Shown: positions 10,553 to 20,866, counted from the stretch's first letter. The stretch is 64,000 bases of DNA from Acutalibacteraceae bacterium (GCA_045591055.1 JAZNSD010000076.1:32481-96480); one strand, 5' to 3'. Notes: generated by a model not told the origin, from the sequence alone. A program made the numbers and translations.

Positions 10553-11563
10553 ATGGAAAATAAATTAGTGGTTGCAAACATCGGTATGAAATTCGGTATG
10601 TGTCACGTGGAGGGCGCAATGGATTATAAGGCGGAAATTGCCGCCATCTGCGACAGCTCGGAAGAAAATCTTCGTTTTGCGGGAGAAAGATATAATATTC
10701 CCGAGGAGAAGCGTTTTTCCGATTACCGTGATATAGTGAATAATAAAGATATAAATGTTGTAACGGTGGCAGTGCCCGATCAGATGCATAAGGAGATTTC
10801 CTGTGCGATGCTGAAGGCAGGAAAAAATGTTCTCTGCGAAAAGCCTCTTGCTCTTACAAGAGAGGAGCTCAGGGAAATTATCAGGGCAGAGGATGAATCC
10901 GAGGGCAAGTTTATGGTGGGACAGATCTGCCGTTTCACTCCTTCTTTTATAAAGGCAAAGGAAATAATCGAATCGGGGAAAATAGGTGAGATATATTTTA
11001 TTGAGTCCGAATATGCCCACGATTATATGAAGCTCTGCGATACCTGGCGTGCTGATCCTCTTCGCCACGGTGTTATCGGCGGCGGATGTCACGCGGTTGA
11101 TCTTATCCGCTGGCTTGCAGGCGATCCCGTGGAGGTATTTGCTTACGGTATGCATAAGCTTCTTCCTCAGGTATCCTATGACGATGCCACGATCGCCGTT
11201 ATGAAATTTGATGAAAATACTGCAGGTAAGGTGTTTGTTTCCACAGGCTGTAAGCGCGACTATACAATGCGCACCTGTGTTTACGGTACAAAGGGCACTC
11301 TTATATGCGACAATACCTCTCCCACAATGACTCTTTTTACCGTTGACAGTGAGGGTGTTGTTAATGAAAAGCCTGAAATTATCGAGGTTGAAGTGAACAA
11401 TCACAATGCCGCAAAGGAATTTGAGGTTTTTGCCGATGCAATTCTCAATAACAAGCCTGTTATGACAGATGCAAGAGAGGGTGCAAAAACCGTTGAGGTA
11501 TGCTTATCCATTGTGGAATCTGCAAAAACAGGCAAACCCGTTTGTCCCGACTATAATTTCTGA
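10553..11563 (+). CDS. Gfo/Idh/MocA family oxidoreductase
   Basis: 336 aa. It has an N-terminal Rossmann region and the family signature region, reading VLCEKPLALTREE in this ORF. Confidence 0.85.
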   Translation: MENKLVVANIGMKFGMCHVEGAMDYKAEIAAICDSSEENLRFAGERYNIPEEKRFSDYRDIVNNKDINVVTVAVPDQMHKEISCAMLKAGKNVLCEKPLALTREELREIIRAEDESEGKFMVGQICRFTPSFIKAKEIIESGKIGEIYFIESEYAHDYMKLCDTWRADPLRHGVIGGGCHAVDLIRWLAGDPVEVFAYGMHKLLPQVSYDDATIAVMKFDENTAGKVFVSTGCKRDYTMRTCVYGTKGTLICDNTSPTMTLFTVDSEGVVNEKPEIIEVEVNNHNAAKEFEVFADAILNNKPVMTDAREGAKTVEVCLSIVESAKTGKPVCPDYNF

Positions 11564-11578
11564 TAAGAGGGTGAAAAT

Positions 11579-12985
11579 ATGAAGGGCTCTGAAAAGAAGC
11601 TTCTCAGAACAAAGGCTTTTGAAGAAAGACAGCTGAATTCACTTAAAAAGAAAGCACTGAAGCCTCAGGGGAGTATGTATTTTTTAATACTTCTTCTGAT
11701 AATTGCATTTGTTAATATAATTGATGAGGTTACAAGCAATCTGTCCGTTTCTGTACAGTCATCCTTTGTTACGGAGTTTTTTGTGAATAATCCCTTCCTG
11801 GGGAAATACTATACATTTGAAGAGGGCTTGTCTCTTCACACCTCTGTCAGCGTGATAAGCTATGTGCTGGGTGCGATAACCCCGTTTTATAAGGCGCTTG
11901 CCGATAAGTGGGGAAGGAAACCGCTTTTTGCACTGTCCACTCTCGGAATGGGTGTGGGACTTCTCATTATTTATTTTTCACCCAACTACCTTGTTTTTCT
12001 TCTCGGATATGCGGTAATCGGTTTTTTCTTCGGCCACGATATTCAGATCATATATATCCTTGAAGAGGCACCCGATAAATACAGAGCTGCTGTATACAGT
12101 GTGCTGAAGGCGCTGGGAATATTCGGAGTTGTGTGTATTCCGATGCTCAGAGACTCTCTTATGGGAAACGATGCTACGCTCTGGAGAAGGATTTTTCTTG
12201 TGCCTGCCGTAATGGGTGTGGCAGCATCGCTTCTTGTTGTTTTATTCACAAGAGACACCAAGGTGTTTATCCGTGAAAGAACTGCTTATCTCAGCATTCC
12301 CTTTGAGGAAAGACAGGCAAAAAAATTAAGGGAAAAGCAGGAGAAGAAGGCACAGCGCAATAAAGCCGGTGTTTTCAATGCGGTAAAATATATATTTTCA
12401 AATAAGGATACAAAGAGTCTTATCATTTCCCATATCATTTTTGATGCGGGAATGCCCGCTATAGCTCTTTATTATGAATCCTCAATGCATATCGCGGGAA
12501 TGAGCACGGAGGAAATCACAAAATCCATGTTCGTTCTTCCCATCGTTTATGCAACACTCACTCTGTTTTCAGGTTTTATTGCAGATGCCGTGGGCAGAAA
12601 AAAGCTTATTGTGGGTGCAAGCATCTTGTCGGTAGCGGGATTCATTCTTTTTGCGGTCGGTATAAATAATTTATGGAATCCCTATCTCATAGGCGGCTTC
12701 TGCGGTCTTTATCAGGGCACGTACTGGATAGGCAGAGACTATATGAATATTATGATGACAGAAAAGGTTCCCACGGATATAAGAGCCTCCGTTGTGGGTG
12801 CAGAGGGACTTCTTGTAATAATCGGCCTTGCCGTCGGTTATATTCTTGCAGTCGTCGGAATGCTTGTTCTTCCGGTATGGCTTACATGTCTTCTTATCGC
12901 CTGCCCCTGTGTGGGCACTGCTGCTGTTATCTTTGCTTTCAGAGTAAAGGAAACCAAGGGTGCAGATCTTGATGCCATACGCTGA
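11579..12985 (+). CDS. MFS transporter
   Basis: 468 aa, polytopic, with a charged central loop (ERQAKKLREKQEKKAQRNK) between two 6-TM halves and a DKWGRKP motif. Confidence 0.75.
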   Translation: MKGSEKKLLRTKAFEERQLNSLKKKALKPQGSMYFLILLLIIAFVNIIDEVTSNLSVSVQSSFVTEFFVNNPFLGKYYTFEEGLSLHTSVSVISYVLGAITPFYKALADKWGRKPLFALSTLGMGVGLLIIYFSPNYLVFLLGYAVIGFFFGHDIQIIYILEEAPDKYRAAVYSVLKALGIFGVVCIPMLRDSLMGNDATLWRRIFLVPAVMGVAASLLVVLFTRDTKVFIRERTAYLSIPFEERQAKKLREKQEKKAQRNKAGVFNAVKYIFSNKDTKSLIISHIIFDAGMPAIALYYESSMHIAGMSTEEITKSMFVLPIVYATLTLFSGFIADAVGRKKLIVGASILSVAGFILFAVGINNLWNPYLIGGFCGLYQGTYWIGRDYMNIMMTEKVPTDIRASVVGAEGLLVIIGLAVGYILAVVGMLVLPVWLTCLLIACPCVGTAAVIFAFRVKETKGADLDAIR

Positions 12986-12997
12986 GAGGTAAAGGTT

Positions 12998-13705
12998 ATG
13001 AAAAGGCTTTTTGAAAAGCATGAAACATTGTTTTCGGTTCTGCTTATTGTTTTGTATATTGTATCAAATTCTCTTTGCCGCAGTATTTTTTCTGAATTTC
13101 ATCCTGCGAGCGCAGCGGTGAATACGGTTTTTTCTGCATGTCTGCTTGTGCTTGTTTTTATTCTGAAAAGACGTGAATTCTACGGTCTGAAAAAGCCGGT
13201 GAACGGAAAAAAGCTTTTGTATTTCCTTCCGTTGCTTTTTATTGCTTCGGCAAATCTCACAGGCGGTGTAAAAATAAATAACACATCGGCTGAGATAATC
13301 TTCTTTATTATCAATATGCTGAATGTAGGCTTTATTGAAGAAATCATTTTCCGCGGATTTCTTTTTAAGATGATGGAAAGGGACAGCGAAAGGACAGCTG
13401 TGATCGTAAGCTCTGTTTCCTTCGGTATCGGACATATATTAAATCTTTTTACGGGTGCGGATTTCCTTCCCACTCTTCTTCAGATAGTTTATGCCTGTGC
13501 GGCAGGGTGGCTCTTTGTTGAAATTTTCCGCAAAAGCGGTTCGCTCATACCGTGTATAATTGCACATTCTCTGACCAATGCACTCTCTGTTTTTTGTGCA
13601 GAAAATGTTTTTTCGGAATATATAATTCCCGTTCTTCTTACGATTGTTCCTCTTGCTTATACTATATATATAAACATAGCGCTGTCCCGTAAGAGCAGTC
13701 GGTAA
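12998..13705 (+). CDS. CPBP family intramembrane glutamic endopeptidase (CAAX protease/Abi)
   Basis: Motifs EEIIFRGFLF, FGIGH and HSLTNA lie in a multi-TM protein. Confidence 0.85.
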   Translation: MKRLFEKHETLFSVLLIVLYIVSNSLCRSIFSEFHPASAAVNTVFSACLLVLVFILKRREFYGLKKPVNGKKLLYFLPLLFIASANLTGGVKINNTSAEIIFFIINMLNVGFIEEIIFRGFLFKMMERDSERTAVIVSSVSFGIGHILNLFTGADFLPTLLQIVYACAAGWLFVEIFRKSGSLIPCIIAHSLTNALSVFCAENVFSEYIIPVLLTIVPLAYTIYINIALSRKSSR

Positions 13706-13732
13706 TTTTCTTTTGAGAGGAGAAGAGAATTT

Positions 13733-15049
13733 ATGAGACCTAATATAATATTCTGTTTTTCCGACCAGCAAAGATGGGATACTCTGAATGAAGAGGTTAT
13801 GCCGAATGTATATAGCCTTGGAAATGACGGTGTTGTTTTTTCAGATTTCTACACCTGTCAGCCTGTGTGCGGACCTGCGAGAGCCTGCCTTCAGACAGGA
13901 CAGTATGCTACTCAGAACCGCTGTTATGTAAATGCAATTCCGCTGGCAGAGGATTGCCTTACTCTTGCACATCATTTTAACGCACACGGTTATGATACTG
14001 CATACATAGGGAAATGGCATCTTGCCTCGGACCGTTTTCCGGGAATAGGTGTACACTGTGAAAAAACTGCCGTGCCCGTAAGCCGTCAGGGCGGATATAA
14101 ATACTGGAGAGCTGCCGACGTGCTGGAATTTACATCCCACGGGTATGACGGCTATGTTTTTGACGAAAACCTCAACAGAATTGATTTTAAGGGCTACCGT
14201 GCCGACTGTATAAATGATTTTGCGCTTGAATATATTGAGAATCACAGCGGAGATAAGCCCTTCTTTATGTTTATTTCACAGCTTGAGCCTCACCATCAGA
14301 ATGACAGAAAGCATTTTGAGGGACCTGTTGATGCTGTTGACAGATACCGCGATTATCCTCTTCCCGAGGATCTTACCTTTCTCCAGGGGGATTATAAAGA
14401 GGAATATCCCGACTATATCGCAGCAATAAACCGTCTTGACTATAATATGGGACGGCTTGTCGATAAGCTCAGGGAAAAAGGAATATATGAAAATACCGTT
14501 ATAATATATACAAGCGACCACGGCTGTCATTTCAGAACGAGAAATGAGGAATATAAGCGCAGCTGCCACGATGCAAGTATTCATATTCCCCTTGTTTTCG
14601 GAGGCGGAGCGGTTAAAAAGGAGGGTGTGAGGGACTGCCTTCAGAGTCTTATTGATATACCGCCCACTCTTTTAAGTCTGGCGGGTATCCCCGTACCTGA
14701 GAGCTATTCGGGAAATCTGATTCCCGTAAACGGTCTTGCAGCGCCTGAAAGGGACTGTGTTTTTGTGCAGATAAGCGAATCTCACATAGGAAGATGTGTG
14801 AGAACAAAGGACTGGAAGTATTCTGCAAGAGCAAGAGGCTCCGGATGGTATAAATATAAGGCTGTGAATTATTACGATGATTATTTGTATGACCTGAAAA
14901 ATGACCCTTGCGAAAAGAATAATCTTGTTAATAACAGTGAATATGATGAAATACTTATGACAATGAGAGAGCTGCTTTCCCGGGAGATGGAAAAAGCAGG
15001 GGAGAAAAAGCCTGTTTTCCGTAAGCCTTCAAGGGTGGCAGCATACTGA
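13733..15049 (+). CDS. Cys-type sulfatase (formylglycine-dependent), cytoplasmic
   Basis: The N-terminus is NIIFCFSDQQRWD. The sulfatase signature C-x-P-x-R-x4-T-G is present as CGPARACLQTG (Cys codon 13868..13870). SDHG is also present. No signal peptide. Confidence 0.85.
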   Translation: MRPNIIFCFSDQQRWDTLNEEVMPNVYSLGNDGVVFSDFYTCQPVCGPARACLQTGQYATQNRCYVNAIPLAEDCLTLAHHFNAHGYDTAYIGKWHLASDRFPGIGVHCEKTAVPVSRQGGYKYWRAADVLEFTSHGYDGYVFDENLNRIDFKGYRADCINDFALEYIENHSGDKPFFMFISQLEPHHQNDRKHFEGPVDAVDRYRDYPLPEDLTFLQGDYKEEYPDYIAAINRLDYNMGRLVDKLREKGIYENTVIIYTSDHGCHFRTRNEEYKRSCHDASIHIPLVFGGGAVKKEGVRDCLQSLIDIPPTLLSLAGIPVPESYSGNLIPVNGLAAPERDCVFVQISESHIGRCVRTKDWKYSARARGSGWYKYKAVNYYDDYLYDLKNDPCEKNNLVNNSEYDEILMTMRELLSREMEKAGEKKPVFRKPSRVAAY

Positions 15050-15160
15050 TTATAAATTAATAATTAATTTTTGGTAAATTAGTTTTAATATTGCCTTTTT
15101 ATTTGTTGACTGAAAAATAATAATATGTTAAAATTCTATTAATAATACCGGAAAGGAAAT

Positions 15161-16837
15161 ATGATCATGAAAAAGATTATATCACTTGTTCTTGCTGCTC
15201 TTTTGGTTGCAGGTATGCTGACAACATCTGCAGCAGCTGCTTCTCAGGAGAAAAAAGCAAAAAATCCTATCATTTTTATAGCAGGCAGCTCTGTTGATAT
15301 CTGTGATGCTGAGGGAAATGAAATTTCCACGGGCTTTGATGTTGTCACCGACGATGATGAAGGTGATATGACAACAGACAAGATCATAGAAACTGCAATG
15401 AATATCCTCAAGCCCTTTATTCTTGAGGGACTTCCCTTTGATAAGTGGGATAATTACGGTACAGCTCTTTATGAAGAGCTTGCTCCCATCTGGGATGAAA
15501 CACAGCTCAGCGGTGACGGAAATGCAAAATACGGCACAGGTGTTTCTCAGGCTGAAATAGACCACTGGAACAAAGAAGCCAAGAAAAACAAGGGTTCTGA
15601 CGGTACATTCAATATAAATGACTACAAATTCCGTTATGACTGGCGTCTTTCTCCCTATGATCATGCAGACAGACTTCACGAATATATCAAAACTATAACT
15701 GAGTCAACCGGCTGCTCTCAGGTTTCTCTTGTGGGCAGATGCCTCGGCGGCAGTGTTATCACGGCTTATCTTGATAAATACGGTGAAGAAGGTCTTGTAA
15801 AGAAGGTTTTCTATGATGAGGTTATGTCAAACGGCAGCTCCATCATCAATGACTGCTTCAGCGGAAAAATTAAATTCAGCGACAAGCACACTCAGGGCTA
15901 TCTTCTTCAGGCTGAATATTTCGGACTTGACGGTCAGGGTGTTGACCTTGAGGGTGTCAGCAATCTGACTCTTGAGCTTGTAGAGGCTGTGCTTGATTAT
16001 GCCACACAGTCCGGTCTTCTCACAGGTGTTTTCGGCGGTGTGGAAAAGCTTTATAACAGACTTTATGAAGCCTTTATCCCTGCAATGCTCAGAGCCACAG
16101 GTATCGGCACTTGGGCAAACTACTGGTGCAGTGTTTATGCTGAGGACTTTGACAAGGCAGTTGATCTCGTTTTCGGTAAGGAAGGCACCGCAACAAGAGA
16201 AGAAAACGCAGGTCTTGTTGCAAAGATAGAGTATATCAGAGATAATATCGTTAATAAGGGCGATGACCTTTATAAGAAGTTCAATGAAGAATACGGCGTT
16301 GAAATCGGTGTGCTTGCAGGCTACGGTCTTTTCAATGCTCCCATAATGGAGCACTATGACGAAACAAGCGACTGTGTTGTAGGCTTCCCCGATGCTTCCT
16401 TCGGCGGCACTGCAGCCGGTATGTTCAGCACTCTCAGTGATGAATATATTGCCCAGAGAGAAGCTCTCGGCTTCGGTGAATATATCTCTCCCGACAAAAA
16501 GATAGATGCTTCAACCTGTCTTTTCCCCGAAACCACATGGATAATGAAAAACAAGCACCACGACTACGGTGATGCTTATGTATATCTTGCAGAGTATTTC
16601 ACTCAGTATGAAAATGTAAAGGTAAACACAAACAACAGAGGAATAAACCGTTTCCTTGTTTTTGACAAAGCCGCAAAGAATGAGTTTGTGAATATGACCG
16701 AGGAAAATATGGCAGACGGAAGCTGGATCACGAGCGTGAATCAGAAGCCCTCCTTCCGTAGTGTGTTTGCATCATTTATTGAAATGATGAAGCTTATATG
16801 GACTGTATTCCTTGATTTTATGAAGGGCTTATTTTAA
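15161..16837 (+). CDS. Secreted LCAT/PGAP1-like alpha/beta hydrolase-fold protein with Cys at the nucleophile-elbow position (paralogue 1)
   Basis: Signal peptide KKIISLVLAALLVAGMLTTSAAAA. It has the LCAT-type FRYDWR motif, and the nucleophile elbow reads VGRCLGG (Cys codon 15740..15742) instead of G-H-S-x-G. The start could also be the ATG at 15167. Confidence 0.6.
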   Translation: MIMKKIISLVLAALLVAGMLTTSAAAASQEKKAKNPIIFIAGSSVDICDAEGNEISTGFDVVTDDDEGDMTTDKIIETAMNILKPFILEGLPFDKWDNYGTALYEELAPIWDETQLSGDGNAKYGTGVSQAEIDHWNKEAKKNKGSDGTFNINDYKFRYDWRLSPYDHADRLHEYIKTITESTGCSQVSLVGRCLGGSVITAYLDKYGEEGLVKKVFYDEVMSNGSSIINDCFSGKIKFSDKHTQGYLLQAEYFGLDGQGVDLEGVSNLTLELVEAVLDYATQSGLLTGVFGGVEKLYNRLYEAFIPAMLRATGIGTWANYWCSVYAEDFDKAVDLVFGKEGTATREENAGLVAKIEYIRDNIVNKGDDLYKKFNEEYGVEIGVLAGYGLFNAPIMEHYDETSDCVVGFPDASFGGTAAGMFSTLSDEYIAQREALGFGEYISPDKKIDASTCLFPETTWIMKNKHHDYGDAYVYLAEYFTQYENVKVNTNNRGINRFLVFDKAAKNEFVNMTEENMADGSWITSVNQKPSFRSVFASFIEMMKLIWTVFLDFMKGLF

Positions 16838-16852
16838 TAAGGATTGATTTTT

Positions 16853-16886
16853 TGCACCCTGCTTATTTGCGGGGTGCAGTTTTTTT
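16853..16886 (+). terminator. Rho-independent terminator
   Basis: TGCACCC - loop - GGGTGCA followed by T7. Confidence 0.75.
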
Positions 16887-16946
16887 GTTGAAAAACAGTA
16901 TAAAGAAAGATATAATAACAACATAAAGGATACAGGAGATAAAGCT

Positions 16947-17588
16947 ATGAAAATTACAGGTGCGATTTTTGATTTTGACGGAACGCTTTTTGATTCCATG
17001 CATGTATGGGTGGGCATCAGAGAAAAATTCTTTGACAGAATAGGTCTTGTTCTTTCACCTGAGGATAAAAAAGAATTTGAGGGGATGTATCTCAGAGAGT
17101 CTCTTCTTCTTGCCAAGGAAAAGAATCTTGTGAAGGAATCCTATGATGAGCTTTTCACAATGTTTTTCGAATATATAAAGGAGCTTTATCTCAGCGATAC
17201 AAGACCTAAGAACGATATAAAGGATTTTCTTGAATTGCTTAAAAGCAAGGGAGTAAAAATGGGTATTGCCACTGCAACGGGTGAACCTGCCTTAGAGGCA
17301 GTGCTTGAAAAATTCGGTATGCTTCATTATTTCGAGGCAATTTATTCCACCTATACGGTGGGTGCAGCCAAAACCGAGCCTAAGCTTTATGATACCGTGC
17401 TGGAAAAGCTCGCCACGGAAAAGGAAACCACCTGGATATTTGAGGACGCCCTCTATGCCGTAAAAACAGCAAAGGCAAACGGCTATAATGTTGTGGGGAT
17501 ATATGACAAAAGCGAGCCTGCCGCAGAAGAGCTGAAGGAGCTTTCTGATATCTATATACGAGACTACTGTGAGCTTGATATTGAGTAA
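16947..17588 (+). CDS. HAD-superfamily hydrolase (phosphatase, subfamily IA-like)
   Basis: Motif I is GAIFDFDGTLFDS. 213 aa with an AGGAG RBS. Confidence 0.8.
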   Translation: MKITGAIFDFDGTLFDSMHVWVGIREKFFDRIGLVLSPEDKKEFEGMYLRESLLLAKEKNLVKESYDELFTMFFEYIKELYLSDTRPKNDIKDFLELLKSKGVKMGIATATGEPALEAVLEKFGMLHYFEAIYSTYTVGAAKTEPKLYDTVLEKLATEKETTWIFEDALYAVKTAKANGYNVVGIYDKSEPAAEELKELSDIYIRDYCELDIE

Positions 17589-17717
17589 TATACATCAAAA
17601 ACCCGACAAAAACGGACAAAATGCCGTTGAATTGATGGAAAAGTTTATAAACTGTTTACAATACTCCTTAAATGTATTATTTTTGATATGAAATAATATA
17701 TTTAAGGAGAGGTTTTT

Positions 17718-18071
17718 TTGAAAAAGCTTTTATCATTACTTTTTTGAAAAAGACGGAGTAAACATCGGTGTGCTTGTCAAATACAATATTCCCTTTTCCC
17801 CGAAAAGACGTGGTTTATCAAGAATATTTCCCACGATCCCTTCCCGCCCTCAATCGACAAGCTGATTCTTGAGTTTATTCATTCTCACGGTGAGCTTACG
17901 GTTTTCAGTGATGAAAGATATCCTCAGTATCTGAGCTATGATGCAGCGAATGATACCATCACACCTCTTGAGCCTGAAGAAGCAGCTGAAAAGGAAAGCT
18001 TTTTCAGACTTATCATTAATTTCTTCAGATTGCTCTTCAAGGTTATTACAGATCTCTTCAAGGGACTTTAA
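17718..18071 (+). pseudogene. Internally deleted remnant of a third LCAT-like hydrolase paralogue
   Basis: An AAGGAGA RBS is followed by TTG and LKKLLSLLF, then a stop at 17745..17747. Downstream frames read EKDGVNIGVLVKYNIP and LFPEKTWFIKNISHD...ESFFRLIINFFRLLFKVITDLFKGL*. These match EEYGVEIGVLAGYG / CLFPETTWIMKNKHHD / ...FLDFMKGLF* in the 15161 gene and the equivalent blocks in the 23084 gene. Confidence 0.7.
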
Positions 18072-18079
18072 GGAGCTTT

Positions 18080-18112
18080 AGGACTGTCCGTTTTCCGGGC
18101 AGTCCTTTTTTT
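18080..18112 (+). terminator. Rho-independent terminator
   Basis: AGGACTGTCCG-TTTT-CCGGGCAGTCCT followed by T7. Confidence 0.8.
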
Positions 18113-18180
18113 GTTAAAAGTATTCAAAAATGCTGATATGTGTGTTAAAATAAAATAAATAATAAACGGAGGTGCCGAAA

Positions 18181-19311
18181 ATGAATAAATATGATATTGC
18201 TGCTTTTATATGGCCGTCTTATACGGGGGATGAGCCGAGAACACGTATTTTCTGGCCCGAGGGCTACGGTGAATGGCAGACCGTGAAGGCTATGACCGAC
18301 AAGGGCTATAAGGGCTGCCGATGGCCGAGAAAACCCTTATGGGGCTATGTTAATGAGGCAGATCCGCGCATTATGGAAATGCAGATAGACTGTGCCGTGT
18401 CTCACGGTGTGAATGTGTTTATTTATGACTGGTATTGGTTTGATAACCGCCCGTTTTTAGAAAACTGCCTCAACGACGGCTTTCTTAAAGCACGCAACAA
18501 CAAGGATATGAAATTTTTCCTGATGTGGGCAAACCACGATGCCACACATCTGTGGGATAAGAGAAATTCTGATAATGACCTTTCCACCGTTATATGGAAG
18601 GGCAGTGTTACTCCTGAGATTTATTCTCAGATATGTGACAGAACCATTGAAAAATATTTTTCTCTTGATAATTATTATCAGATAGACGGCTGTCCCGTAT
18701 ATATGATATTTGATCCCGATAATTTTATCCGTTCCTTCGGGGGCACCGAGCAGTGCAGAAAAGCAATTGAAGAATTCAGGGAAAAAACCGTCAAAGCAGG
18801 CTTCAGGGGACTTCATCTTCAGTTTGTATACTGGGGTGACAGAGTATATAATTGGCTCGGCGATGATGATGAGTGCAAGGGAAAAACAGTTTATGAAATT
18901 TATGATTATCTGGGTATTGATTCCGTCACAAACTATAATTGGGGCGGTTCGGTGCATTTTGACGGGGATTACAAGGAGATTACGGAAAATTTCGTAAAAA
19001 AATATGCCGACGCATCAAAAAAGCTTAATATTCCCTATTATCCCCATGTGTCTGTCGGTTGGGACAACAATGTGAGATTTCACGGATTTATACCGGGTGT
19101 TGTGGAGAATAACACTCCGGAGAATTTTAAGGCTGCCTGCGAAAGGGTAAAGGAAATTGCTGACAGAAGACTTTCAGAGGGTATAATGAAGGCACCTCTT
19201 ATTACGGTGAACAGCTGGAATGAGTGGACGGAAACCAGCTATCTTCAGCCTGATGATCTTTACGGCTACGGCTATCTTGAAGCAATAAAGGATGTCTTTA
19301 CGGAAGAATGA
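18181..19311 (+). CDS. Glycoside hydrolase family 99-like / WbsX-like domain protein
   Basis: Start moved to the ATG 7-8 nt after GGAGG. The pattern AAFIWPSYTG...PLWGYVNEADPRIMEMQIDCAVSHGVNVFIYDWYWF is typical of the WbsX/GH99-like family. Confidence 0.6.
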   Translation: MNKYDIAAFIWPSYTGDEPRTRIFWPEGYGEWQTVKAMTDKGYKGCRWPRKPLWGYVNEADPRIMEMQIDCAVSHGVNVFIYDWYWFDNRPFLENCLNDGFLKARNNKDMKFFLMWANHDATHLWDKRNSDNDLSTVIWKGSVTPEIYSQICDRTIEKYFSLDNYYQIDGCPVYMIFDPDNFIRSFGGTEQCRKAIEEFREKTVKAGFRGLHLQFVYWGDRVYNWLGDDDECKGKTVYEIYDYLGIDSVTNYNWGGSVHFDGDYKEITENFVKKYADASKKLNIPYYPHVSVGWDNNVRFHGFIPGVVENNTPENFKAACERVKEIADRRLSEGIMKAPLITVNSWNEWTETSYLQPDDLYGYGYLEAIKDVFTEE

Positions 19312-19402
19312 CAGAGAAATTTTTTCTTTCTGCTTGCAGTTTATAATTGCAAATAAGAAAAAAGTGTGGTAAATTACTTGCATACAGAAAGAAGGCATTT
19401 GT

Positions 19403-20473
19403 ATGAAAAAAGCTTTAGCACTGCTTGTCAGTATTGTTGTTTTATGTTCACCCGTGAGCGTTTATGCCTCGGGAGAAGAGGACGTAACCGTGAAAAAGAG
19501 TATTTTTGACAGGTGGAGTGTTTCTTCTAATGAAATACATCCCGAGCTGAGATTTATAGGTAATTTTATAAGAATTCTTGTTCCGTATATGAATGAGAGG
19601 TTTTTCTCCTTTGCAAATCTTTTTATGGATAATATCGGTCTTCCCGATCTTACACACGGTATTAACAGCGATGAGATATATCTTCCGCGGGAAGACGGCA
19701 GCTCACTTCGCATAAGAGTGTATTATCCCAAAGAGAAAAAGGAAAATGTTCCGGGACTTCTGTGGATTCACGGCGGCGGCTATGCCATAGGCTGTCCCGA
19801 ACAGGATTTCAGCTATATACAGAGCTTTGTTGATGCTTCGGGCTGTGTGGTTGCCGCTCCCGACTATATAAATTCTCCCAACGCTTCCTATCCTGCCGCA
19901 TTCAACGATTGCTATAATGCGCTTTTGTGGCTCAAAGAAAACGGTTCTGACTACGGTATGAGAGACGATCAGATTTTTGTGGGCGGAAACAGTGCAGGAG
20001 GCGGGCTTTGTGCCTCTGTGGTGCTTAAGGCAAGAGATACGGGCGACGTGAACATCGCCTTTCAGATGCCCATATACCCTATGCTTGACGACAGAATGAT
20101 AACTGAATCTTCGCAGAATAACGATGCTCCCGTGTGGAACACAAAATCCAATGAAATTGCCTGGAAGCTTTATTTAGGTGAGCTTTATGGCACTGAGAAT
20201 GTGCCTTCCTATGCAGCGCCTGCAAGAGAAACGGACTATGCCGGTCTTCCTCCCACGCTCACATACATAGGAAGCATTGATCCCTTTTACGATGAAACGA
20301 TGAATTATGTAAATGCCCTTGAAGAAGCGGGTATAGAAGTGATGTATGAAACATACGAAGGCTGCTTCCACGCCTTTGACCTGCTGGCATTCACTTCCCC
20401 TGCAAAAGAAGCAAAGTCTTTTCTTCTTGACGGCTTTATGTATGCCGTGGAAAACTACAGGGCAGAAAACTGA
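19403..20473 (+). CDS. Secreted alpha/beta hydrolase (HSL-type esterase/lipase)
   Basis: It has a signal peptide, the oxyanion HGGGY motif and the nucleophile elbow GNSAGG. Confidence 0.85.
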   Translation: MKKALALLVSIVVLCSPVSVYASGEEDVTVKKSIFDRWSVSSNEIHPELRFIGNFIRILVPYMNERFFSFANLFMDNIGLPDLTHGINSDEIYLPREDGSSLRIRVYYPKEKKENVPGLLWIHGGGYAIGCPEQDFSYIQSFVDASGCVVAAPDYINSPNASYPAAFNDCYNALLWLKENGSDYGMRDDQIFVGGNSAGGGLCASVVLKARDTGDVNIAFQMPIYPMLDDRMITESSQNNDAPVWNTKSNEIAWKLYLGELYGTENVPSYAAPARETDYAGLPPTLTYIGSIDPFYDETMNYVNALEEAGIEVMYETYEGCFHAFDLLAFTSPAKEAKSFLLDGFMYAVENYRAEN

Positions 20474-20491
20474 TAAACGGAGTAGAAAACT

Positions 20492-20866
20492 ATGTTCGAG
20501 CAGGATTATATTATGAGGCAGATTCATTTTCTCGCAAAAATGGTAGCAAAATTTTTGTTCGGCATTGATTCTCCCACTCTTACCGAGGAGCTTGAGGACC
20601 GTCTGAGTGAAAACGAAACGGGAATTCTTAAAACCCTTATTCAGATGATAGACTCGGGTGAAATCGGAAAGGCTGAGGATATACTTTTTGATATAATAGA
20701 AAATAAGGAAAAAGGATATGTTGAAACCGCTTTGCTTTTTTATACCTTTCTTGAAAAGAAAAGCGATGAATTTCTTATTCTTTCGGGATTTTCCCGTGAA
20801 GAGGTAAACGAGGGCTTCAGGGATGCGATGAAAATGTGCGGTGTTGAAGAAATTTTATCGGAGTGA
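20492..20866 (+). CDS. Small hypothetical cytoplasmic protein (DUF6483-like)
   Basis: 124 aa, acidic and helical. Coding-like composition with an RBS. Confidence 0.5.
   Translation: MFEQDYIMRQIHFLAKMVAKFLFGIDSPTLTEELEDRLSENETGILKTLIQMIDSGEIGKAEDILFDIIENKEKGYVETALLFYTFLEKKSDEFLILSGFSREEVNEGFRDAMKMCGVEEILSE

Noticed and set aside
12998-13705. The CPBP/Abi protease was considered as a marker of a bacteriocin immunity locus.
   Set aside because: No small bacteriocin-like precursor, ABC exporter or modification genes are nearby. The neighbours are transporters and a sulfatase.
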